Source: Candidatus Iainarchaeum sp. (GTDB lineage: Archaea > Iainarchaeota > Iainarchaeia > Iainarchaeales > JAZDFD01). Taken from it: 64,000 bases of DNA. Location: positions 23,822 through 87,821 of the forward strand of contig JAZDFD010000012.1 of NCBI GenBank assembly GCA_043808155.1. Reading direction: 5' to 3'. This document shows, one piece after another, positions 38,086 through 46,681 of the stretch. How positions within the stretch are numbered: the first letter of the stretch is position 1; each line of letters starts with the position of its first letter. Both the position numbers and the translations under genes were made by a program. The notes under the pieces are model-generated. The model was not told the origin of the DNA. It worked only from the letters and a program-made list of their open reading frames with translations, and did no database searches.

Positions 38086-39147
38086 ATGTTTATGAAAAAA
38101 ACACAGCGGGGCTCGAAAAAATCCGGGCTTCCCCCCGGCACACTTGTTCACATAGGGCATAAAAAAGAAGAACAAGTGGAAATACAAATAATTGATTACA
38201 GCGAATTCGGCGTAACAGAAAAAATTGCAAAAAACATTGAAGAAATCATGCCCTTTAAAGAAACACCAAGTGTCACATGGGTAAACATTAATGGTCTGCA
38301 CGATATTTCACTCCTTGAAAAAATTGGGGAAATGTTTGAAATCCATCCTCTTGTTCTTGAAGACATTCTCAACACAGAACAAAGGCCAAAAATAGAAGAA
38401 TTTGAAAATCATCTTTTCACTGTTTTGAAAATGCTTTTCTTCGAAGATAAAAATCTGCATACTGAACAGGTAAGTATGATTGTAGGAAAAAATTTTTTAA
38501 TTTCTTTTCAGGAACAAAAGGGCGATGTTTTTGATCAGATACGTGAAAGAATAAAAGATCCCAAAAGAAAATTCAGAAAATACGGTCCTGATTATCTGGC
38601 TTACACAATTATTGATGCAATTGTTGACAATTATTTTGTTGTTCTTGAGAAAATAGGTGACCGAATAGAAGAACTTGAAGAAGCAGTAATAAAAAATCCC
38701 TCTCCTGACACTCTACAGAAAATTCACTTTCTTAAACGAGAAATGATTTTCATACGAAAATCTGTCTGGCCTTTGCGGGAAGTAATAAGCGCACTTCTCA
38801 GATCTGAATCCCCGCTAATAAAAAAATCAACTGCAGTTTATTTTAGAGATGTTTACGATCACACAATTCAGGTAATTGACGCAGTAGAAACCTTCAAAGA
38901 TATGCTTTCCGGAATGCATGACACATATCTTTCAGGAATAAGCAACAGAATGAACGAAGTAATGAAAGTCCTTACAGTTTTTGCATCTATTTTCATACCC
39001 CTTACATTCATTGTAGGGGTTTACGGAATGAATTTCAAATATATGCCTGAATTAGAATGGGAATTTGCATATCCTCTTCTTTGGGCAATAATGATTACAA
39101 TTGGAGTTTCGATGTTCCTTTATTTTAAAAAAAAGAATTGGGTTTGA
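38086..39147 (+). CDS. corA: Magnesium/cobalt transporter CorA
   Basis: GLPPGTL, HPLVLEDI, QRPK, YGMNF, MPEL. Confidence 0.95.
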   Translation: MFMKKTQRGSKKSGLPPGTLVHIGHKKEEQVEIQIIDYSEFGVTEKIAKNIEEIMPFKETPSVTWVNINGLHDISLLEKIGEMFEIHPLVLEDILNTEQRPKIEEFENHLFTVLKMLFFEDKNLHTEQVSMIVGKNFLISFQEQKGDVFDQIRERIKDPKRKFRKYGPDYLAYTIIDAIVDNYFVVLEKIGDRIEELEEAVIKNPSPDTLQKIHFLKREMIFIRKSVWPLREVISALLRSESPLIKKSTAVYFRDVYDHTIQVIDAVETFKDMLSGMHDTYLSGISNRMNEVMKVLTVFASIFIPLTFIVGVYGMNFKYMPELEWEFAYPLLWAIMITIGVSMFLYFKKKNWV

Positions 39148-39282
39148 ATTTCTAATGCGCATGCCCACTAACTTAAAACTAGGTGAAAACCCAACAGAAC
39201 CCCTTGACAGAGAACCGCTTTAATACGCACCTTTTTATTCTTTATTAATAAGTGAATATTATAATTCACGGGGGGTTTAGGA

Positions 39283-39864
39283 GTGAATTTTAGGCATTTA
39301 TATTTAGCAGTTTTTTTGGTTTTGGCAGTTGGTATTTTCATTTCTCTTTCTGATAACGAATCAATAAACGTTTCTAAGTTCTCAGGAAACATTGTTGTGC
39401 CTCTTTTGGAAACTCCTGCTTCTGAAAAAGAAACTGAAGTTGCTAATTTTAATATTGAAGAGAAAGAACAACCTTTAGTTGGAACAGCTAACCCTGCAAC
39501 TGTTTATTGTGGTGAGTTAGGATATCAGTGGAAAATAAATGAAAATCCAATGGGGCAACAAGGTATTTGCATTTTTTCAGATGAAAGCGAATGTGATGAA
39601 TGGGATTTTTTAAGGGGCACTTGTGGGCAGCAATGGTCGTATTGTGCTGTAAATGGTTATGATATAATTACCAAAGATGATGGTCGAAATCCTTTTACTC
39701 CTGAGTACGCGGTTTGCGTTGATGAAGAAGGTAATGAAATTGGTTCTGTAACAGAGCTGATGAATTTGCTTGAAGAGCCTTTGGGTTGTGCAGTTAAGTC
39801 AGATAAGCAAGAAACAAATACGAAAACTGCTGAAAATTTCTCGTTTAATAATTTGGAAAACTGA
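39283..39864 (+). CDS. Secreted protein with two DUF333-like domains
   Basis: ANPATVYCGELG...GICIFSDESECDEWDFLRG. Confidence 0.78.
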   Translation: MNFRHLYLAVFLVLAVGIFISLSDNESINVSKFSGNIVVPLLETPASEKETEVANFNIEEKEQPLVGTANPATVYCGELGYQWKINENPMGQQGICIFSDESECDEWDFLRGTCGQQWSYCAVNGYDIITKDDGRNPFTPEYAVCVDEEGNEIGSVTELMNLLEEPLGCAVKSDKQETNTKTAENFSFNNLEN

Positions 39865-39874
39865 ATGTGATAAA

Positions 39875-42800
39875 ATGAAATCTACAAAACTTTTTGTAAT
39901 TATTTTTTTGTTGGCATTTGGTTACTTTATACCTTTTGTTGCTGCTCTTCCAAGCAACTTTGACTGGAGAAATCACGATGGCTATAATTGGATGACTTCT
40001 GTAAAAAATCAGGGTGATTGCGGTTCCTGTTGGGCTTTTTCTACTGTTGGTTCAGTAGAAGCAGTTTACAATATCCGCAAAAATAATTACAATCTTGATT
40101 TAGATCTAGCCGAAGAAGAAATAGTTTCGGATTGCCTTCTAGATAGCGACTGTTGTGTTGGTTGGATTAGTTCAGCTTTGAATTATATTAAAAATAATGG
40201 AATTACTGATGAAACGCATTTTTCGTATGTTGATAACTCTTGTTCATGTTCCGGTGGTAATTGTACTTGCACATATAGTGGTCCAGACAGATGCAGTAAT
40301 AGGACTTGTGGTGACAAAATTGGGGGTGGACTGAATTATAAAATAAGTAACACGAGTAGTGTTCCCGCATATACCGAAACTATTAAGCAATATCTTATTG
40401 AAAAAGGTCCTCTTTCAGTTTGTATGGGCTGGGGTAACCACGGTGGTTATTGGGATGGAGATATTTATAGATGCACAAATGATGAAGGTACTGACCATTG
40501 TGTAGTTCTGGTTGGTTATAATGCTGATGAGTATTATTGGATTGCTAAAAATAGTTATGGTAGTTCTTGGCAGGATAATGGTTACTTTAAAGTTGGTTAT
40601 GGTGAATGTGATATTGAAAGTTATGCGCGTTATGCGGATGTAATAGGTTGTGGAACCACCATAACCAAAAACACAATTTTAACTGGAGATCTTATAAATT
40701 GTCCAGGTAATGGGATAAATATTGGCGCTAACAATATAACTCTTAATTGTAATAATCTTTTGATTGATGGAGATAACCTCGGATATGATTATGGAATTTT
40801 TCTTGAAGAAAGAGAGGGAGTTACAATTAAGAATTGTAGGATAGAGGAATTTTATAACGGAATCGGACTGTGGTGGGAAAATACTAACCATACTTTGATT
40901 GATAACACTATCAAAAATAACAAATATGGAGTTATTTTTAATGATTGGACAAATAATCATAATAATATTAGAAACAACGAGTTTAATGGAAATACTCAAT
41001 ACGGGGCGTGGCTTCAGGGCGGTGCAGCAGATAACACTTTTTGGAACAACACTTTCACAAACAACGGCGAAAATGCTTATGAATACTCAAACAATAATGA
41101 TTGGGATTATAGCGGAGTAGGAAACTACTGGGATGATTTTTCAAGTAATAGTGGTTATCCCACAGAATATATAATTCCGGGTCCTGGTGATGGTGTTGAC
41201 CATTTTCCTGAAGGTGCGTTACTTCCTCCCGGGGAAATATGCAATTCAGATTCAGAATGTGGCAGCAATTACTGCGAAGGTTCAGTGAGCAATCCTGCAA
41301 GATGTTGCATTTCAGAACCGGCAGGAGATAGCTGGGAAGGCGGAGGAAACAGTCTGGGTTGCGGCACCGACCCAAATGCAAACTATAACGATTATTACTG
41401 TAATGCTAGTGGTAATATACAATCTGAAATAACTGATACCAAAAATTGCGATTCCCAGGATAATTGTAGTGACTATTGCCTTTGGGACTATCAAGACGGA
41501 ACAGATTATTATTTTGATACAAGTTTGGGTGAATGTGTTTCAAAAGCTTATGAATCAGATGATGACGAAGAAAATTGCACTAATTGTATTGGTGAAAGCC
41601 TTTGGAATCTAGGCGGAGAAATAGAGTTGTGTTGCGGAGATGATTCAAGCGAATTCAAAACCACACGCAACTGCGAAGTAGATGCATGCACTTCTGATGC
41701 AACAGATGATGCATGCTGCATTGCAAATACTAGTTGCGTTTACAATTCAGGTTGTTATAATAATGGTTATATTGGTGATGTTGATAGTGATACTGAAAAT
41801 GAAGAATGTGAAAATGGAATTTGGAAATTACAACCACCACAATGCGGAGACACAATAACGGAAGACACAACATTAACTGCAGATCTCTTAAACTGCTCTA
41901 ATGGGGGATTAGGTATTGGTGCAGATAATATAACTTTAGATTGTGATAACCATTTGATTGACGGAACTGGTGAGTTTTCAGGAATTTATTTATATGACAT
42001 AGATACAGTCACTATTAAGAATTGCAACATACAGGAATTTCAAAATGGAATTTTATTATTGTACAAAAGCTCTAGCAATATTTTGCTCGATAATGTTGTT
42101 GAAAATAATGAGTATGGGCTTATAATAAATAATCAAGGTTCCAACAACACAGTAACTGGCAATGATTTTATTGAAAATTCCACTCATGGAATATCTATTG
42201 GTAGCGATTCACAGAATAATACTATTTGGAACAATGATTTCATAGATAACAGTGTTAATGCCTACGAAGACTCATTTTCAAACAACAACAATTGGGATTA
42301 TAGTGAAACAGGAAATTACTGGTCTGATTTTGAAAGCAATGAAGGTTATCCTTATGAGTATGTAATTGCTGGTTCTGGAAATGGAATTGATAATTTCCCA
42401 AACACAAATGAATATGCACATCTTTTATTTCCCGAAAATAACACAACTTTAGGAATGGGTTCGCAGTTCTTTGACTGGACTGATGTTCCCAACGTGACAC
42501 AATATGAATTACATGCAACAAAACCCGATTTAACAGAAGAATCATTAGTTGTTCCAACAAACAGTGAAGTTACTTTTGGTGCAAAATTCTGGAACACAAA
42601 ATTGGAAGATGGTTTATACACTTGGAAGGTAAGGCCAATCTTTGATGGCATTCCTGGAAAATGGTCTGGAGAAAGAAATATTACACGAAAAACAATTCCT
42701 GAACTTTATCTCCCTGAAAATGGTGCAGAACTTGGTTTGGGAGGCCAATATGTAGATTGGGAAGCAATTATTGGCGCAGATGGCTACTACCTTTATGTAG

Positions 42801-42973
42801 TCAGGCCTGAAGGTTTAAAATATAATTTGTACGTGAAAAAAGATGAATTCACGGTTCCAGCATGGTTTTGGGATCCTCTGCCTTTAGGAGAATACACTTG
42901 GAAAGTGCGGACAGTGAACTCAGGTGATTTTGCGCCATATTCTGAAGCTTGGACTTTTACAAAAACAGAATAA
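39875..42973 (+). CDS. Secreted papain-family (C1A) cysteine protease with beta-helix (NosD-like) and Fn3-like domains
   Basis: Signal peptide, LPSNFDWR, QGDCGSCWAF, HCVVLVGY, KNSYG; two Asn-rich beta-helix blocks. Confidence 0.88.
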   Translation: MKSTKLFVIIFLLAFGYFIPFVAALPSNFDWRNHDGYNWMTSVKNQGDCGSCWAFSTVGSVEAVYNIRKNNYNLDLDLAEEEIVSDCLLDSDCCVGWISSALNYIKNNGITDETHFSYVDNSCSCSGGNCTCTYSGPDRCSNRTCGDKIGGGLNYKISNTSSVPAYTETIKQYLIEKGPLSVCMGWGNHGGYWDGDIYRCTNDEGTDHCVVLVGYNADEYYWIAKNSYGSSWQDNGYFKVGYGECDIESYARYADVIGCGTTITKNTILTGDLINCPGNGINIGANNITLNCNNLLIDGDNLGYDYGIFLEEREGVTIKNCRIEEFYNGIGLWWENTNHTLIDNTIKNNKYGVIFNDWTNNHNNIRNNEFNGNTQYGAWLQGGAADNTFWNNTFTNNGENAYEYSNNNDWDYSGVGNYWDDFSSNSGYPTEYIIPGPGDGVDHFPEGALLPPGEICNSDSECGSNYCEGSVSNPARCCISEPAGDSWEGGGNSLGCGTDPNANYNDYYCNASGNIQSEITDTKNCDSQDNCSDYCLWDYQDGTDYYFDTSLGECVSKAYESDDDEENCTNCIGESLWNLGGEIELCCGDDSSEFKTTRNCEVDACTSDATDDACCIANTSCVYNSGCYNNGYIGDVDSDTENEECENGIWKLQPPQCGDTITEDTTLTADLLNCSNGGLGIGADNITLDCDNHLIDGTGEFSGIYLYDIDTVTIKNCNIQEFQNGILLLYKSSSNILLDNVVENNEYGLIINNQGSNNTVTGNDFIENSTHGISIGSDSQNNTIWNNDFIDNSVNAYEDSFSNNNNWDYSETGNYWSDFESNEGYPYEYVIAGSGNGIDNFPNTNEYAHLLFPENNTTLGMGSQFFDWTDVPNVTQYELHATKPDLTEESLVVPTNSEVTFGAKFWNTKLEDGLYTWKVRPIFDGIPGKWSGERNITRKTIPELYLPENGAELGLGGQYVDWEAIIGADGYYLYVVRPEGLKYNLYVKKDEFTVPAWFWDPLPLGEYTWKVRTVNSGDFAPYSEAWTFTKTE

Positions 42974-43068
42974 TTAATGCACATGTTCTTAGTTATCAGA
43001 TTACAAATTAGCAAGAATAAGAAAAAATACTCTCGGACCAACAGTAATTTTTATTAGGGAATAGCTAT

Positions 43069-43683
43069 TCACTTTGATTTAATTTTTTGAAGTAGCTCCT
43101 GCTTTTTCTTTTTCAGTTCTCTTAAATTTAAATCCAAATACTCATGTTCTCTAAAACTGTTCACAATTAAAATTAATCTTTTACGAAAATCCCCTAACTC
43201 AAATTTTTCAGTTAACTCAGAATATTTTCCAAAATTTATTTTGGTTTTCAGCAGTAACTGCATTATATCTACTCTGTCCTTCATCCCCTTTTCACTGTGC
43301 CCTCTTGCCTTTTCCGCGCCCTGCTTTAGTAGAAGTAAAATCTCCGCATCCACTACTTTAAAACCTTCTATTTTTGAAACATAATTTTCTAATTCCTCAA
43401 TTGGAATTGAGAGTTTTGAATAGAAAGGAACATAAATATCCACATCCACTTCATCAACAATTATTTCATACTTTCTCAGTCTGTCATTTTTCTTTAAATC
43501 ATACTCTGTTTTAATTTTTTCCAACTCTTCAAAACCAATCACAATATCTATATCCTTGGATTTTTGTGCATGTGTCCACAAATAAGCTGCCCAGCCACCA
43601 ATTAAAATAAAATCAATCTCTTTATTCAGTTTCTGGAGAAGCTTCCAGCTCTTTTCCGTAATTAAATCATTCCAGTACTGCAT
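43069..43683 (-). CDS. Nucleotidyltransferase (AbiEii-like)
   Basis: LIGGWA...SKDIDI...KDRVDI. Confidence 0.75.
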   Translation of the reverse strand: MQYWNDLITEKSWKLLQKLNKEIDFILIGGWAAYLWTHAQKSKDIDIVIGFEELEKIKTEYDLKKNDRLRKYEIIVDEVDVDIYVPFYSKLSIPIEELENYVSKIEGFKVVDAEILLLLKQGAEKARGHSEKGMKDRVDIMQLLLKTKINFGKYSELTEKFELGDFRKRLILIVNSFREHEYLDLNLRELKKKKQELLQKIKSK

Positions 43684-44281
43684 TTAATCTCACTTCAAAT
43701 TCTTTCAAAAAATCTTTTGCATACCATTGCGGTAGATTCCACAAATCAGCAAAGATATTAGCATCAGTTGCAATTTTACCATCTTTTCCCATCACTGAAT
43801 CCTTACTCAAAACAAACAAATTTGCTGTTTTTTTATTTTCTGGGAACCTTTTTTTAACTTCCTTCAATTCTTCATCAGAAGTATAAATATATACTTCGGA
43901 ATAATCTGCAGGAACTGAGTTAAACTTAAATTTATAGCCAGAATATGCAGTAAAAATAACTCCTGCCGGCATTCTTTTTTCAATCTGCAAAACACTTTCA
44001 TCTACACGTGTTTTATAAATCAAATCCTTTTCCAAATTTCTCACTGATGACCAGTAAAGCAAAATCTTTTTCGCATTCACTACAACAAAATTTCTAGGAT
44101 TCACTTTAATAGCATTCATTCTCTTCAAGGGTTTCAGCGCGTGATTCACCATTGAAAGCGAGAGCCCAAGCTCATTAGAAAGCTCTTTCTGTGTGAAAGA
44201 CTCCGCTTTCTTCTCCAAAACTCTGAAAAGAATTTCCCTGTACACAAATTCAATCTTTTTCATACTTAAATATATGCACAA
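43667..44281 (-). CDS. wHTH protein (AbiEi-like antitoxin)
   Basis: FTQKELSNELGLSLSMVN HTH; IFADLW C-terminus; overlaps the NTase gene. Confidence 0.72.
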   Translation of the reverse strand: MCIYLSMKKIEFVYREILFRVLEKKAESFTQKELSNELGLSLSMVNHALKPLKRMNAIKVNPRNFVVVNAKKILLYWSSVRNLEKDLIYKTRVDESVLQIEKRMPAGVIFTAYSGYKFKFNSVPADYSEVYIYTSDEELKEVKKRFPENKKTANLFVLSKDSVMGKDGKIATDANIFADLWNLPQWYAKDFLKEFEVRLNAVLE

Positions 44282-44464
44282 AATAGTATTTAAATGTTTC
44301 TATATTTGTAGAAATATTTAAAAATAATTAAAATAGCTCATTAAATCCCCGATTTTTTTACCTCTAAAGTGTAATCAGCGAAAACCGCCAATACAAATCC
44401 GCAAGAATAAGAAAAACCACTTTCGGACCAACAGTAATTTTTATTAGGGGCTAATTTTTTACTT

Positions 44465-45016
44465 TTAGTTGCGCTGTCGCTCTGCCTTAATTTTTTGAAT
44501 AATTTTTTCTCTTAATTGTTCTGCTATTTTTTCTAATTCTGAAGCCTGTTGTTTATCCCCCATGAGTTCGCTCATTTTAGCAGCTCTGATGTAAAAATTT
44601 TCAGCTAGTGCAAGTTTCCCTTGTGATTCATAACTTTTTGCGTTTTTTAAATATGTGTTGTGTTTTGCCATAATTTCTTTTTTGTGAGTGTCGTCCATTG
44701 TAATTATTTTTGTGCCACGTCTTTCTATTTCATTTTCAAGTGCTTTTGTTTTTTCAATATTTTGTATTCTGCTTTTAGGTTCATGTTCAGATACAAGTTC
44801 ATCTGTTGCAATTGTCTGAAATCCGCGCAGTTCATTACTTGTCCATGCTTCTTTGTTTGTTTTGGATCTATGAACAGTTTTTCCTGTTGTTGCGAAATAT
44901 TTTGCCTTTTCCATATCGTGCCTGGCTTTTGCCCGTCTTCTTTTTTCCTCCGCGGATACAAATAAATTCCCAAAACCTTCCCTAACTCTTTGAAAAAAAT
45001 TAATTCTTTTAGGCAT
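44465..45016 (-). CDS. Hypothetical helical protein
   Basis: 183 aa ORF with GGAG SD and TPR-like end. Confidence 0.55.
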   Translation of the reverse strand: MPKRINFFQRVREGFGNLFVSAEEKRRRAKARHDMEKAKYFATTGKTVHRSKTNKEAWTSNELRGFQTIATDELVSEHEPKSRIQNIEKTKALENEIERRGTKIITMDDTHKKEIMAKHNTYLKNAKSYESQGKLALAENFYIRAAKMSELMGDKQQASELEKIAEQLREKIIQKIKAERQRN

Positions 45017-45221
45017 TTGATTAACTCCATTAAAATGTTATGTCTGCATAGTTCAATATCTATTATAGCGGTTTAGGGTTTTATATCTTCCCCCATAATC
45101 CCTCCGTATTCATGCTTTTTCGCAAAAATTAAATCGATTTTTAAGAGTAGATTGCGATATTATATTGTATGAAAAAAAGCGATCACTTGGACATATATTG
45201 TCATAAGTCAAAACAGAATAA

Positions 45222-45962
45222 TTAATGCGCATGCCCTGAAGTTCCAATTGCAAAATAAATTATTGCAATTCCCAAAAGCATTGCAATTGACTGCAGAATC
45301 ATTTTTTTCATTTCTCTTTCTTTGTGCAGTTCAGGAATTAAATCTGCAGCTGCAATATAAATGAATCCGCCTGCTGCGAATGCAATCAGCATTGGAATTG
45401 AACCTTCAATTAATGGTGCGAAGAAAAATGTAAGCAATGCACCAAGCACAGCAGTCAGTGCTGAAATAAAATTGTACAGCAATGCTTTTCCTCTGCTCAA
45501 ACCTGCATGCAATAAAACTGCAAAATCACCAATTTCCTGAGGAATTTCGTGCAGTGCAATTGCAAATGCGGATGTAATCCCCAGAGGAATTGAAACCATA
45601 AATGAAGCTGCAATTATAACACCATCAATGAAATTATGCAAACCATCTGCAATCAAATTAATATACGCATAACTGTGAATATGACACTCGTGTGTTAAAC
45701 AATGGTGCCAATGTATGAATTTCTCTGCAAGCATGAAAAAAACAATCCCTGCAAGAACCAACATAAATGCATTATCTACTTCATGAACTGCTTCAGGGAG
45801 CATATGCAAAAATGCAGTTCCCAATAAAGTTCCCGCAGCAAACGCAATCAAAATAAGCAGAAATCTGTTCAGAATATCTTTCTTAATTGAAATTGTAAAA
45901 AGCCCGACCAATGAAATCAGACTAATTATGAAAACACTCGCAAGAATATAAAACAAAACCAT
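45222..45962 (-). CDS. ZIP-family zinc transporter
   Basis: HMLPE, HWHHC loop, DGLHNFIDG, LHEIPQE. Confidence 0.92.
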   Translation of the reverse strand: MVLFYILASVFIISLISLVGLFTISIKKDILNRFLLILIAFAAGTLLGTAFLHMLPEAVHEVDNAFMLVLAGIVFFMLAEKFIHWHHCLTHECHIHSYAYINLIADGLHNFIDGVIIAASFMVSIPLGITSAFAIALHEIPQEIGDFAVLLHAGLSRGKALLYNFISALTAVLGALLTFFFAPLIEGSIPMLIAFAAGGFIYIAAADLIPELHKEREMKKMILQSIAMLLGIAIIYFAIGTSGHAH

Positions 45963-46049
45963 AGTATCAACTGTAAATAGATGAGTTTAAATAATTTGCC
46001 TCAGACAGCAGCCGTCACGTCCGGCGAGTGCGGATTTATTAACAAACAT

Positions 46050-46089
46050 ATTATCGCAGGATTGAGCATAGCGAAAATCCTGCACGTAT
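46050..46089 (+). repeat. ATTAYCG-hairpin-CACRTAT element, copy E
   Basis: ATTATCG CAGGATT GAGCATAGCGAA AATCCTG CACGTAT. Confidence 0.75.
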
Positions 46090-46202
46090 CTCGGAGCAAC
46101 CGTACGAAATCGGTTGGTGCCTCAGACAGCCCATCGCCGAACGCCCGGCGAGTGCGAGTGCACCTTCGGTAGCACATGCTCACTTCGTTCGCATTAATTA
46201 GT

Positions 46203-46269
46203 TGCCTCAGACAGCCCATCACTCGTCATTGGTTGAAACCTCGGTGTCATCGTCAGTTCATCACTGGCA
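46203..46269 (-). ncRNA. C/D-box sRNA (2'-O-methylation guide), probably targeting 16S rRNA
   Basis: TGCC-A-GTGATGA(C)-13 nt-CCGA(D')-hairpin-ATGACGA(C')-12 nt-CTGA(D)-GGCA with terminal stem TGCC/GGCA. Confidence 0.8.
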
Positions 46270-46366
46270 TTAATATTGCTGAAAGAAAGTTTTTAATGCT
46301 GAGTTTTTTCTTTATTTTGTTTAACGACCAAAAGTATTTAAATATTGATGAACATCAATATGTTTT

Positions 46367-46681
46367 ATGCCAAATAAAAAATCCCTTAAGATATTTAAAG
46401 CACTTGCAGACGAAACAAGGCTGAATATTTTAGAACTGCTTTTGGATGGTGAAAGATGTGTCTGTGAAATATTTCCTAAGGTAAAACGAACCCAGTCAAC
46501 AGTATCACTCCAGTTATCCAAACTTGAAAAAGCAGGCTTAATTGAGTCGCGAAGGGAAGGAAAAAAGATTTTTTATAAAATTAAAGATTACCGCGTTTGC
46601 GATGTTTTCAAATCGCTTGGTTATGGCAAAGGAAAAGTTCTGAAAAAAACGTGTTGTATAATCAAAAAGAGGGTGCAGTAA
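46367..46681 (+). CDS. arsR: ArsR/SmtB-family regulator
   Basis: FKALADETRLNIL..ERCVCEI...QSTVS..L. Confidence 0.9.
   Translation: MPNKKSLKIFKALADETRLNILELLLDGERCVCEIFPKVKRTQSTVSLQLSKLEKAGLIESRREGKKIFYKIKDYRVCDVFKSLGYGKGKVLKKTCCIIKKRVQ

Larger units (their letters stand above)
43011..44449. repeat. ~49-bp direct repeats flanking the wHTH/nucleotidyltransferase pair
   Basis: GCAAGAATAAGAAAAA..ACT.TCGGACCAACAGTAATTTTTATTAGGG at 43011-43059 and 44401-44449. Confidence 0.85.

Noticed and set aside
39770-39874. Programmed frameshift fusing DUF333 to the protease
   Set aside because: The protease has its own ATG, GTGA SD and signal peptide; no clear slippery site
45997-46220. Possible CRISPR array or 5S rRNA
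   Set aside because: Repeats are only 13-18 bp with uneven structured spacers; better explained as copies of a C/D sRNA 3' end; no 5S consensus
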